Shown: positions 20,049 through 29,883 of the stretch, piece after piece
Numbering within the stretch: the stretch's first letter is position 1
Layout: every line of letters starts with the position of its first letter
Assembly: GCA_018662365.1 (NCBI GenBank)
Contig: JABJGH010000031.1
Span: forward strand, 34,468-98,467
Direction of reading: 5' to 3'
Source of the DNA: Chloroflexota bacterium
GTDB taxonomy: Bacteria; Chloroflexota; Anaerolineae; Anaerolineales; UBA11579
Length of the DNA stretch: 64,000 nucleotides
Program-made: the position numbers and the translations under genes
The notes under the pieces: generated by a model
What the model saw: the letters and a program-made list of their open reading frames with translations, nothing else
What the model was told of the DNA's origin: nothing
The model's database searches: none

Positions 20049-20699
20049 ATGGAGATGGATCAAAGCTTACTGAAAGGAATATTTGAAAAAGCAGCTTCTT
20101 CTCATAACAAGATTTGTCCTCGTGTTGTGCTGGGGGGGCGCATAGGATTGGCGGGTGCTGAAGTGATGGGAATGGAAGTGCCACGCCATGATAAACGCTT
20201 ATTGATCATATTGGAAACAGATGGCTGTTTTGTAAGTGGTATTGAAGCTTCCACAGGCTGTTCCGTCAATCACCGCACTTTACGTGTTGAGGATTATGGA
20301 AAAGTAGCGGGAACTTTTGTGAATGTGAAGACGGGGGTGGCTGTACGAGTCGCACCACGAAGAGGCGTTCGCGAAAGAGCTTTGAATTATGCACCCGAAG
20401 AAAAAAAACGATATTTCGCCATGCTAAAGGGATATCAAGTGATGCCATTGGACGAACTTTTGACGATCGAAGATGTTGTACTCAGCAAACCAATAAACTC
20501 GATTATTAGCCGGGCAGGGGTCCGAGTAAATTGTGAAAATTGCTCTGAAGAAATCATTAATGAACGGGAAATCCTCCAGGATGGAAAAGTTTATTGTCAA
20601 GCATGTGCAGGACCAGCCTATTATCAGACGAGTCCAAATGAACCGATTGCAACAGAACTCATAATCAATCATGGAATGTCCTCTGGATTAGGGGATTAG
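20049..20699 (+). CDS. FmdE-family protein with C-terminal C4 zinc finger
   Basis: HNKICPRVVLGGRIG, ETDGC, TGCSV; C-terminal CENC...CQAC. The ATG at 20049 is preferred over the ORF-track TTG at 20028. Confidence 0.8.
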   Translation: MEMDQSLLKGIFEKAASSHNKICPRVVLGGRIGLAGAEVMGMEVPRHDKRLLIILETDGCFVSGIEASTGCSVNHRTLRVEDYGKVAGTFVNVKTGVAVRVAPRRGVRERALNYAPEEKKRYFAMLKGYQVMPLDELLTIEDVVLSKPINSIISRAGVRVNCENCSEEIINEREILQDGKVYCQACAGPAYYQTSPNEPIATELIINHGMSSGLGD

Positions 20700-20731
20700 A
20701 TGGTTGTTGGATCAAGAATGAGGAGTAAGGA

Positions 20732-22798
20732 ATGGTAAATAAGCGATATCAAGTGACAATTCCTGATATTGAACATTGGCGAGCGATGGTCAAATGCCAA
20801 GCAGCATGCCCGGTGAACACTGATGCCCGAGGATATGTCACTGCTATGGCAAGGGGAGATCTGGCTCTGGGATATGAAATTGCTCATGACCCAAATCCCA
20901 TGTCAACTATTTGTGGGCGAATTTGTGGCGCACCCTGTGAGGTGGCTTGCAGGCGTGGAGACATTCATGATACACAAAAGAGTATTGCAATCCGCCCAAT
21001 TAAAAGGGTACTGACAGAAAGACATGGCCCCGAATCTGAGGATATCGTTCCAGATCGAGATCAACAATCGGGATTAATCTCTCCCGACTTACAGGTGATA
21101 CCTAAAGATGAGAATTTCTTTTCGGCAGGTGCAGGATTACAATCTACAGAATTAGATGTTCCCGGTACTGGGGCGAAAATGTCTTATTCTTCTGCAAGAT
21201 GGTCACGGAGAGAATTGAAACGATTGAGCAATCAGCCAGGACATAAAAAAGGAAAGATTGCGATTATTGGGGCCGGTCCGGCAAGCTTGTCAGTAGCCTA
21301 TGATCTTGCAATTCTTGAACACGAAGTCACAATATATGAAGCAGGTCCAAAAACGGGCGGGATGATGCGCTATGGCGTTCCTGTTTATCGTTTTGATCAA
21401 CAAGCAATGGACTTGGAAATTCAATCGATATTAGATATGGGTGTAAATATCTATTTTGATACACCCATTGGTAAAGACATCACCCTCCCAGATCTCCGCA
21501 ATGATTATGATGCCGTATTTTTAGGGATCGGATTGATGAAAGGTCGCGACCTAAATATTGAAGGCCATGATCTAGATGGCGTAATTAAGGCAGTCGATCT
21601 ATTGCTCAATTACAACTTGGGATACAAGGTTAGTTTAGGTAAAAAAGTGATCGTGATCGGGGGTGGGGATGTGGCAATGGATGCTGCAAGAACTGCCTTA
21701 CGATTGGGACAAGTAAGTGATGAACAGGCAAATGCCTTATCGGATTCAGATGCTCGAGCTGAAGAGGAATCGGAGACTGTGAGCACAGCCCTGGATGTAG
21801 CCCGCACCGCATTGCGTATGGGTGTTGCCGATGTGCAAATGATCGCATTGGAAGATTGGGATGAATTGCCCGCGTCAGATTTTGAAATTGAAGAAGCCTT
21901 AGAAGAAGGAATAAAACTATTTCCTCGGGTTGGTCCTAATAAAGTCGTTGGAAGAGATGGAAAGGTCACCGGTTTAGAGGTCATTCAGGTGACATCTGTA
22001 TTTGACGAAGAAGGACGGTTTAGTCCAAAATTTACACCAAAAACTGAGCGAATTATAGATTGTGATACCGTGATCTTGGCGATTGGCCAGCAAGCTGATC
22101 TGAATGTCTTGGGTGGAGCGGACGATGTAATCATCTCTCCCCGTGGTTTGGTAGATGTCAATCCTGAGACGGGAGGGACTTCTGCGCCAGACGTATTTGC
22201 AGGGGGAGATGTGGCCTACGGACCTCGGTTGATCATTGATGCAGTCAAGCATGGACATTTGGCAGCTTTGGGTATGGATGAATATATCCAAGAACAGCAA
22301 TTAACCGTCGATATAAATACCGAATGGACCGAATTGCCAAATCACGTCATGTTTGAAAATTGGACAGAACAACAACGAATTAAACCTCCGGTTTTGCCAA
22401 TTGATCGCAGAACGGGTATATCTGTCGTGGATCTGGGGTATACAGTGGAAGAGGCGAAGGAACAAGCACAACGTTGTTTGGAATGCAGTGTAAACACCGT
22501 TTTTAATGGCAAATTATGCATCCTTTGTAACGGATGTGTCGATGTCTGCCCTTGGGATTGCCTGAAGATTGTTTCCCTTGCAGAAATAGAGGGCAGTGAC
22601 ACACTCGATCAGGTTGTAAATGTACATACCGGAGTTTCTTTGGAAGCAATTCAAAAGGGTCAAAAGGTTGGCATGGCGGCAATGTTAAAAGGTGATGCAG
22701 CTTGCACACGATGTGCCCTTTGTGCGGATCGCTGCCCCACCGATGCGATTACTATGGAAGCCTTCCGATTTGAAGAAACTCTGACTTATGAGAAATAA
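20732..22798 (+). CDS. NfnB/GltD-like FAD/NAD(P)-binding Fe-S oxidoreductase with C-terminal 2x[4Fe-4S] domain
   Basis: CQAACP...CGRICGAPCEVAC, IIGAGPA, VIGGGDVAMD, VFAGGD, RCLEC, CILCNGCVDVCP, CTRCALCADRCP. Confidence 0.88.
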   Translation: MVNKRYQVTIPDIEHWRAMVKCQAACPVNTDARGYVTAMARGDLALGYEIAHDPNPMSTICGRICGAPCEVACRRGDIHDTQKSIAIRPIKRVLTERHGPESEDIVPDRDQQSGLISPDLQVIPKDENFFSAGAGLQSTELDVPGTGAKMSYSSARWSRRELKRLSNQPGHKKGKIAIIGAGPASLSVAYDLAILEHEVTIYEAGPKTGGMMRYGVPVYRFDQQAMDLEIQSILDMGVNIYFDTPIGKDITLPDLRNDYDAVFLGIGLMKGRDLNIEGHDLDGVIKAVDLLLNYNLGYKVSLGKKVIVIGGGDVAMDAARTALRLGQVSDEQANALSDSDARAEEESETVSTALDVARTALRMGVADVQMIALEDWDELPASDFEIEEALEEGIKLFPRVGPNKVVGRDGKVTGLEVIQVTSVFDEEGRFSPKFTPKTERIIDCDTVILAIGQQADLNVLGGADDVIISPRGLVDVNPETGGTSAPDVFAGGDVAYGPRLIIDAVKHGHLAALGMDEYIQEQQLTVDINTEWTELPNHVMFENWTEQQRIKPPVLPIDRRTGISVVDLGYTVEEAKEQAQRCLECSVNTVFNGKLCILCNGCVDVCPWDCLKIVSLAEIEGSDTLDQVVNVHTGVSLEAIQKGQKVGMAAMLKGDAACTRCALCADRCPTDAITMEAFRFEETLTYEK

Positions 22799-22816
22799 AA
22801 GAGAGGAAAAAAAGAT

Positions 22817-23569
22817 ATGCTGAGAAATAATCCCCTTGTGCAAAAGCTTGTCAATTCAAGTGTATGGAAATCTATTTTCCGTCATGGCTGGCCAGATAAT
22901 CCTTTGGATCGTTCCTTGATCATGACACAAAATGTATTCTTGCATTTGCACTCAGTGAAGGTAAGTAAGAAGAGTTTAAAAGCTACATATTCCTTTGGTT
23001 TAGGCTTGCTCACAACCTTTTCATTTTTAGAACTAACCCTCACAGGTATTCTGTTGATGTTCTATTATGTGCCTTCAGTGGAAAGGGCCTTTGTGGACAT
23101 TGTTGAACTTCAAACAACGGTACCATTTGGGCAACTTTTGAGAAATATGCACAGATGGGGCGCTCATTTGATGGTGATCGCGGCAGTGCTTCATATGGTG
23201 CGTGTCTTTTTTACCGGCGCATATAAAAAGCCAAGAGAATTTAATTGGATCGTAGGGGTGATCTTACTATTACTGACATTAGGGGCAAGTTTTACCGGCT
23301 ATTTATTACCCTGGGATCAACTTTCATTCTGGGCGATTACCGTAGGCACCTCAATTGCGGGTTACGCACCAGTCATTGGCCCCCCTATGCAGAAAATATT
23401 ATTAGGGGGTGCGGAAGTGGGACAAGAATCTTTAGTGAGGTTCTATGCATTACACGTCATGGTCATCCCCACATTTCTCCTATTATTGATTTCCATACAT
23501 TTATGGAGAGTGAGGAAAGATGGTGGGATGGCCGCATCAGAAATTAGTGATGAGAATGAGGCAGCATAA
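22817..23569 (+). CDS. qcrB: Cytochrome b, N-terminal (b6-like) subunit of a Rieske/cytb complex
   Basis: LRNMHRWGAH, HMVRVFFTGAYKKPREFNW, FTGYLLPWDQ, RFYALHV, IHLW. Confidence 0.9.
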   Translation: MLRNNPLVQKLVNSSVWKSIFRHGWPDNPLDRSLIMTQNVFLHLHSVKVSKKSLKATYSFGLGLLTTFSFLELTLTGILLMFYYVPSVERAFVDIVELQTTVPFGQLLRNMHRWGAHLMVIAAVLHMVRVFFTGAYKKPREFNWIVGVILLLLTLGASFTGYLLPWDQLSFWAITVGTSIAGYAPVIGPPMQKILLGGAEVGQESLVRFYALHVMVIPTFLLLLISIHLWRVRKDGGMAASEISDENEAA

Positions 23570-24351
23570 TGACAGAAGAAAAAGATAAAGACGAAAAAGA
23601 AGCTTTTGAAAAATCCTCCGGAAAAACGTATAGCCTAGTTGAGATGGTCAAAGCCCCGCTTACGATGGTCGACAAGGGACCAGACGATAGTATTTTCTCA
23701 TTTCCAATTGTAGCTATTTGGGAAGCGATCCTATTCTTAGGAATGATGGTTTTCTTGATCGGTTTTTCGTTGATCAAGGATGCACCTCTAGAAGAATTGG
23801 CAAACCCACTAATAACTACTGACCCGGCAAAAGCTCCTTGGTATTTTATGGGCTTGCAAGAATTGTTGGAGCATATGCATCCCTTCTTTGCGGGTGTAGC
23901 TCTCCCTGGAGCCCTGGTTGTTTTCTTGTTACTGATCCCTTATCTGGACCAAAGCAAGGCGGGCATTGGGAGATGGTTCACTTCTGAGCGAGGAAAATTG
24001 ATCACGAAATGGAGCTCAATCTATGCCATGATTGTTTTTCCTGCATTTGCCGTTATAGACTATTTCTTTCCTCCTAGAGAAATCTTCAGGGATGTATTTC
24101 CTTCCTGGGTGACTCAATCTCTAATTCCGGTGACGATTCTCGTTGTCTTGGCATTTCTCCCAGTATTTTATGTATGGAAAAAAGGGGAAGGGAAAGCCAC
24201 CGCGAGGGAATTAATCATAGCACTCTTTACAGTGATGATCGTCGCAGGATTTGCCCTAACAATAATTGGGTTCTTCTTCCGTGGCCCAGGCTTTGAGATG
24301 TTTTGGCCATGGGACATGCCGGCGGGATATAGTCCCTTAGATAATTTATAA
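23569..24351 (+). CDS. Cytochrome b C-terminal (subunit IV-like) subunit
   Basis: APLEELANP...DPAKAPWYFMGLQELL, IPYLD; translationally coupled to the cytochrome b gene. Confidence 0.85.
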   Translation: MTEEKDKDEKEAFEKSSGKTYSLVEMVKAPLTMVDKGPDDSIFSFPIVAIWEAILFLGMMVFLIGFSLIKDAPLEELANPLITTDPAKAPWYFMGLQELLEHMHPFFAGVALPGALVVFLLLIPYLDQSKAGIGRWFTSERGKLITKWSSIYAMIVFPAFAVIDYFFPPREIFRDVFPSWVTQSLIPVTILVVLAFLPVFYVWKKGEGKATARELIIALFTVMIVAGFALTIIGFFFRGPGFEMFWPWDMPAGYSPLDNL

Positions 24352-24376
24352 AAAATGGTGATCGAGGAGAATTCGT

Positions 24377-24868
24377 ATGACCGAAAATCAAAATAAAACA
24401 AAGCTCAGTCGCCATCAATTTCTTGGAATCGCATGGTTTGGTGCCTTAGCAACCCTGGTGGGAGAATTTTTTGCCGGACTTCTCGTTTTTATTCAACCCA
24501 ATCTAGAAGGTGGATTTGGCGGAATTGTTCGTGCCGGAAAGGTGGAAGAATTTTTGCCTGGATCGGTGAATCTAGTCCAAGCGGGAAGATTTTACTTAGT
24601 GAGAAATGGAGAAGGTGGCTTTATTGCGTATTGGCAGCGATGTACCCATTTAGGATGCTCAGTACCCTATGAAGAGGAACAAGCAGCTTTCCGCTGCCCT
24701 TGCCATGGGTCGGTATTTGATGAACATACCGGTGAAGTTACAGGAGGACCAGCCCCACGCCCCATGGATATTTTTCCAATTGAGATTACGGATGGAGAGG
24801 TATTTGTGGATACTGGTAACCCGCAAGAAAGAAGCGCTTTTTCTGATGATCAGATCGCTTACGGATAG
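24377..24868 (+). CDS. qcrA: Rieske 2Fe-2S protein
   Basis: CTHLGC and CPCHGS boxes, GPAPRP, N-terminal anchor LSRHQFL. Confidence 0.95.
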   Translation: MTENQNKTKLSRHQFLGIAWFGALATLVGEFFAGLLVFIQPNLEGGFGGIVRAGKVEEFLPGSVNLVQAGRFYLVRNGEGGFIAYWQRCTHLGCSVPYEEEQAAFRCPCHGSVFDEHTGEVTGGPAPRPMDIFPIEITDGEVFVDTGNPQERSAFSDDQIAYG

Positions 24869-24877
24869 GAGCAAAAT

Positions 24878-26023
24878 ATGCAAAAGGAAAATTACGAGAA
24901 ATATATTATTGCAGGCCTGATCCTTACCGTAATTCTATTGGCAAGCTTTAGTATTGCCTGGATCAAAGAACCCGCCCGAATGGAGCATCTCAGCGAAGAA
25001 ATCTTTAAAGAGAGTGCCCTGCGGGGGAGAGAAATTTATGGAGAGCAATGTGCATTTTGTCATGGTTCGACCGGACAGGGTGGAGTGGGCCCCGCATTAA
25101 ATAGTAAAAATTTCTTAGAGACTGCAAGCGACCAGATATTATTTGAGACTGTGAGTGCTGGCCGTCCAGGAACGATCATGCCTTCATGGGCACAAAAAAA
25201 TGGCGGTCCATTAACGGATGAAGGTATCCGTGATCTGGTCAGTTTCATGCGTTTTTGGGAAGAAAATGCCCCAGAAGTCGCTGGGGAAGATTTTATCCCT
25301 GATGCAGTAAGAGGATTAACCCTATTTAATAGTTCCTGCTTTATTTGTCATGGTGAAAATGGCCTAGGCGGTTCTATTGCGCCAGCAATAAATAACCCGA
25401 GCCGATTAACCAGCTTAGACAATGACTGGTATCGCGGTGTGATTTCCTTCGGTCGTCCCTCAAAGGGTATGCCCACTTGGGGCACGGTTCTCGCACCAAA
25501 TCAGATTGAAGACCTACTTGCTCTAATTGATGCGTGGCGAAATGGTGAAGCGATTGAATCAAATATTTCTGTCTCTGCAATGATCAATTCAGCAATATTT
25601 GAATTGAGTCAAGGTGAGATTGAAGACACGATGTTTTTCCTAGACAGAGCTGAAAAAGGCGCGTTTGGTCCGATAGTGGAAGAATTTGAAACGGTCCGTT
25701 CCCTGTTAGATGAGAATGATGTGGATGAAGCATTCGACCAACTCGTTCGATTGAGTGCGGATTGGCCAATTGGCGTTGCAGAAGAAGGTGAAGATGTCTA
25801 TGCAGATACCTGTAGTGTCTGCCATGGTTCAGAGGGAGAAGGCAATGAAGGATCACGTCTAAACCCCAACGATTTTGTAAACTCCAGTAGTAATTCAGAA
25901 TTATTGGCCTTTATACTATCTGGTCGTGATGGTACCGCAATGGGAGGGTTTCAAGACCGATTAACGGAAGAACAGATCGCTCATGTGATTGCATTTATCA
26001 GGGAGTGGCAAGATGGAGAATAA
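24878..26023 (+). CDS. Membrane-anchored triheme cytochrome c
   Basis: CAFCH, CFICH and CSVCH class I domains, each with a downstream Met (MP/MG); N-terminal TM. Confidence 0.9.
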   Translation: MQKENYEKYIIAGLILTVILLASFSIAWIKEPARMEHLSEEIFKESALRGREIYGEQCAFCHGSTGQGGVGPALNSKNFLETASDQILFETVSAGRPGTIMPSWAQKNGGPLTDEGIRDLVSFMRFWEENAPEVAGEDFIPDAVRGLTLFNSSCFICHGENGLGGSIAPAINNPSRLTSLDNDWYRGVISFGRPSKGMPTWGTVLAPNQIEDLLALIDAWRNGEAIESNISVSAMINSAIFELSQGEIEDTMFFLDRAEKGAFGPIVEEFETVRSLLDENDVDEAFDQLVRLSADWPIGVAEEGEDVYADTCSVCHGSEGEGNEGSRLNPNDFVNSSSNSELLAFILSGRDGTAMGGFQDRLTEEQIAHVIAFIREWQDGE

Positions 26024-26073
26024 GGTAATTTCAAATATGGATTCTTTCCACCCTGAAAATTAGTCAGAATTTC

Positions 26074-26109
26074 AAAAGATTACCCTTTCTACAAAGGGTA
26101 ATCTTTTTT
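26074..26109 (+). terminator. Intrinsic terminator closing the nar-bc run
   Basis: AAAAGATTACCCTTT-CTAC-AAAGGGTAATCTTTT perfect stem plus T tract. Confidence 0.88.
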
Positions 26110-26241
26110 ATCCTTAAAAAAACTAATATAGCTGCAGTTTAGTTTGATAAAGATATGAGGATGAAATTGGAGTAAGATAAATGGATTATAATCACTGCAA
26201 AAAATTATCAATTTAAGGGAAAAAAAGTTGAGGATAAGTTT

Positions 26242-27126
26242 ATGAATTTGGTTACAAAACTTTCAAATAATGATGTCGTTGTTGAAATAAAACGAACGGG
26301 ACCAACGGTTGTTATTGGTGAAAGAATAAACCCAACCGGTAGAAAAAAGGTATTGGCAGCTCTGCAAGCAGGTGATTTTGATATTGTGCGCAAAGATGCA
26401 ATCAAACAAGTAGAAGCGGGTGCGGCTGTATTGGATGTGAACGCCGGAGTTCCTGGGGCAGATGAAGTTGCCTTATTATCCGAAGTGATGAAAGTTGTAA
26501 TGGATGTGGTGGATGTGCCTTTATGTATTGATACTGCCAATCCTGAAGCATTGGAAGCAGCCCTGAAACTTTACCCCGGGAAGGCATTGATCAATTCTGC
26601 CAATGGAGAAGAAAAATCTTTATCCTCAATTTTGCCTCTAGCGAAAGAGTATAACGCCGTAGTGATTGGATTATGTATGGATGATGATGGCATTCCCCCA
26701 ACCCCTGAGGGACGATTGGAAGTAGCGAAAAAAATCATCCAAAGAGCAACCGATCTAGGGATTCCGGTAGAAGATATTGTAATTGACCCATTAGCAATGA
26801 CAATGGGTGCCGATCATCTCGCAGGATCAGTAGTCTTGGAAACCACAAAATTATTGGTCAAAGAACTTGGTGTGAATATTACAATGGGGTCGAGTAATGT
26901 TTCATTTGGGATTCCAGATCGAAAATATTTAAATTCAGCGTTTATGGCAATGGCCATCCAAGCTGGGATGACCTGCCCCATTACGAACCCATTAACAACC
27001 GAAGTTAGGACCGCTGTTCTAGCTGCAGACCTTTCATTAGGTCATGACGAATACGCTATGCGATGGATACAAGATTTCAGAAAGAGAAAAAAGGCAAAAG
27101 AAGAAAAAGAAGCACAAAAGGCTTAA
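26242..27126 (+). CDS. Methyltetrahydrofolate:corrinoid methyltransferase (AcsE / MetH pterin-binding domain)
   Basis: IGERINPTG, LDVNAG, PLCIDT, LINSANGE, IVIDPL, SNVSFG. Confidence 0.88.
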   Translation: MNLVTKLSNNDVVVEIKRTGPTVVIGERINPTGRKKVLAALQAGDFDIVRKDAIKQVEAGAAVLDVNAGVPGADEVALLSEVMKVVMDVVDVPLCIDTANPEALEAALKLYPGKALINSANGEEKSLSSILPLAKEYNAVVIGLCMDDDGIPPTPEGRLEVAKKIIQRATDLGIPVEDIVIDPLAMTMGADHLAGSVVLETTKLLVKELGVNITMGSSNVSFGIPDRKYLNSAFMAMAIQAGMTCPITNPLTTEVRTAVLAADLSLGHDEYAMRWIQDFRKRKKAKEEKEAQKA

Positions 27127-27815
27127 TGTCAAAATCATTGCCACTCATATTCCTTTCTTGTGAAGTATTCAAAGGAATCATCAATACCAATAAGATGCCT
27201 GAAGCCAATTCCCAGGTGCAATTCTTGGATGCAGGCTTACACGCCACGCCCAAAAAACTACAATCGACCGTTCAGGAACAAATAAATTCGATTGATCAAC
27301 CAAGTGTGATCGTTTTAGGGTACGGGCTTTGCGGCAATGGATTACACGAAATTCACTCTGGCATCCATACCCTTATCATCCCAAAAATGGACGATTGTAT
27401 TGCAATGTTTATGGGGGGTCGAAAGATTTTTTTAGATGAATTTTACGCGAACCCAGGAACCTATTATCTAACAAAAGGTTGGCTCCAGGCGGAAACACAC
27501 CCATTGGCAGAATTCACGCGTTATATCGAAAAATATGGCGAGGAAACCGCCTATTACCTGATGGATCAGCAGTACCGCCATTATTCGAAGCTGGTTTTTG
27601 CGGCACATTCTCAAGAAGATCTAGATGAGTATCGCCCAATTGCTACCCAGGTGGCTGAGTTTTGTAAAAGATGGGACATGAAATTTGAAGAATATCTGGG
27701 AGGGACAGATTTTATTCAAGATCTCGAAGATACAATCATAAATCCTGAACAAGTTCCTGGTTCTTTTATTACGATTAATCCAGGTGAAATTCTAGATCAA
27801 GAGATGTTTAGGTGA
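27126..27815 (+). CDS. DUF1638-like protein
   Basis: FLDAGLH..P..L, LGYGLCGNG, DDCIAMF, PGTYYLTKGW. The ATG at 27126 overlaps the upstream stop. Confidence 0.8.
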   Translation: MSKSLPLIFLSCEVFKGIINTNKMPEANSQVQFLDAGLHATPKKLQSTVQEQINSIDQPSVIVLGYGLCGNGLHEIHSGIHTLIIPKMDDCIAMFMGGRKIFLDEFYANPGTYYLTKGWLQAETHPLAEFTRYIEKYGEETAYYLMDQQYRHYSKLVFAAHSQEDLDEYRPIATQVAEFCKRWDMKFEEYLGGTDFIQDLEDTIINPEQVPGSFITINPGEILDQEMFR

Positions 27816-29395
27816 ACAAAGTAACCATTTTATTCGGTGAAAAAGTCACAAACCTCGACGCCTCAGATGGCGATCTATTAGGGGATGTGATCGCATCCGT
27901 AGACCTGCCTGTCGAGCAACCCTGTGCGGGGAGGGGAACCTGCGGCCGATGCAAAGTGATGGTAGAAAAAGGGGCAAGTGGGCCAGATGAAATTGAGCTG
28001 GAATACCTCACAGAAAGTGAACTAAGTGTGGGTACAAGGTTGGCATGTCGAGCGACAATAAGTGGTGAAACACAAATTGTTTTATCCCCGATAGAGGTGT
28101 ATTCCAACAAGGTTTTCAAAGCAAGCTCTCGGCATAAAAGAGAAAAAGATGTTCCTCTTGGACTTGCCATTGATCTGGGCTCTACGACTGTTGCAGCCTA
28201 TCTGACCCTGCTAGATAATGGTGAGGTTGTCGCTGGGGGGGCTTCGCTAAACCAACAACGAGTTTATGGGGCAGATGTGATATCACGTTTATCTGCTGCT
28301 ATGCAAAGTGAGGAACATCGAGATCGTTTAGGTCGATTGGCAATCGCCTCGATCTATCAAGCGATCGATTCTCTCAAATTATCGAAGAACATTCTAAAGC
28401 GCATACAAACCGTAAGCATTGTCGGGAATGTGGCCATGCACCATCTATTGGTCGATCTTCCAGTAAAAACCATTGGGGTAATGCCTTTTCAGCCCTTCTC
28501 CAAAAAATCGATACGAAATCAGAAAGGTTTACTAGATGGTGTTTTTGGTGAGCATGTAGAAGTAAGGATTCCCCCATTAATAGGCGGTTTTGTAGGCTCA
28601 GATTCTCTGGCATGTCTGGCATATTTTGGCTTTTATGAGTCCCAAGAACCCATTTTGGCAGTGGACCTTGGTACAAACGGGGAAGTGATGCTTACAAACG
28701 GAGATGAGATTGTCACAGCCTCTACTGCTGCTGGACCTGCTTTTGAGGGCGTGGACATTTCTTGTGGGATGCGAGCATTGGATGGCGTGATCGTAGATGC
28801 AGAATTAAAAGGGGATCATTTCGAATTTGAAACTATCGGCGATGAACCACCAATCGGTTTAACTGGATCAGGTTTGATGAAAGTTGTAAATGAACTTGTT
28901 CGTGCAGGTATTGTGGATCACAGCGGACGACTTTTGGATAATGAGAAAAATCTATTGGGTCCTATCGATAGGATAAATAATATTAATAGGATATATCTAA
29001 CCCCCGAAAAAAATATTTGGTTAACGCAAAAGGACATCCGAGAATTACAAAAAGCAAAGGGTGCGATTCGCGCAGCAATTGAGATATTACTCCGTGAATT
29101 GAAGATGGATGCCTCCGAATTGAAGAGGGTAATCTTAACTGGGTCTTTTGGCGGTCAATTAGACATTGATTCGGTGATCAAATTAGGGATGATCCCAAAT
29201 GTGTCCCCCGATATTGTTGAAAACACACCGAATGGTGCGGGGATGGGCGCAGCAATGTTTTTAAACGAGGTAGGTTTCTTGCTTGGAGAAAAATTGGCAG
29301 AAAAGGCAGTTCAGGTAGATTTGGATCAATCTGCTGATTTTCATCGGGAATTCGTCGAAGCACTCCAATTTAGGAAGGAAGGTCTATTGACATGA
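27812..29395 (+). CDS. ASKHA-type reductive activator of corrinoid proteins (RACo/DUF4445) with N-terminal 2Fe-2S
   Basis: CAGRGTCGRC...RLAC, AIDLGSTT, YGADVISR, VDLGTNGE, AGPAFEG, TQKDIRELQKAKGAI. Confidence 0.9.
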   Translation: MNKVTILFGEKVTNLDASDGDLLGDVIASVDLPVEQPCAGRGTCGRCKVMVEKGASGPDEIELEYLTESELSVGTRLACRATISGETQIVLSPIEVYSNKVFKASSRHKREKDVPLGLAIDLGSTTVAAYLTLLDNGEVVAGGASLNQQRVYGADVISRLSAAMQSEEHRDRLGRLAIASIYQAIDSLKLSKNILKRIQTVSIVGNVAMHHLLVDLPVKTIGVMPFQPFSKKSIRNQKGLLDGVFGEHVEVRIPPLIGGFVGSDSLACLAYFGFYESQEPILAVDLGTNGEVMLTNGDEIVTASTAAGPAFEGVDISCGMRALDGVIVDAELKGDHFEFETIGDEPPIGLTGSGLMKVVNELVRAGIVDHSGRLLDNEKNLLGPIDRINNINRIYLTPEKNIWLTQKDIRELQKAKGAIRAAIEILLRELKMDASELKRVILTGSFGGQLDIDSVIKLGMIPNVSPDIVENTPNGAGMGAAMFLNEVGFLLGEKLAEKAVQVDLDQSADFHREFVEALQFRKEGLLT

Positions 29396-29883
29396 AGAAT
29401 TTTTTTATGATTTTTCAAGAGTTTCTTTATGATATTGCGCATAATTTTCTTAAACCTTTTTCTGGGTTATTCAAAAAAAACTCTGTGGTGGAAAAAATAC
29501 TGATTGGTTTAGAAAAAGTCGGAAAGGGGGCGGTCTATAATTGTCAGATGTGTGGGGAATGCATTCTCCATAGTACTGGAATGGTATGCTCAATGAATTG
29601 TCCTAAAACTTTAAGAAATGGTCCTTGTGGGGGGGTCAGATTAAATGGAAATTGTGAAGTTAAACCCGAAATGAAATGTGTATGGGTGAGGGCCTTTGAA
29701 AATGCAACCCAAATGCCAAAATATGGCAGTGAAATGATGTGGATCCAAGCCCCCGTTGACCGAACAATGAAAGATTCATCCGCATGGGTAAACATCTACC
29801 AAGAAGTTGATCCTAAAAAAATGAGCAATTGGCAAACTGAAGAGGATAATCTCCGTCTTCAGGAAATGTGGAGAGTTGAATGA
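29392..29883 (+). CDS. metV: MetV-like Zn-finger partner of methylene-THF reductase
   Basis: CQMCGECILHSTGMVCSMNCPKTLRNGPCGG...CEV...CVW. Confidence 0.88.
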   Translation: MKNFFMIFQEFLYDIAHNFLKPFSGLFKKNSVVEKILIGLEKVGKGAVYNCQMCGECILHSTGMVCSMNCPKTLRNGPCGGVRLNGNCEVKPEMKCVWVRAFENATQMPKYGSEMMWIQAPVDRTMKDSSAWVNIYQEVDPKKMSNWQTEEDNLRLQEMWRVE

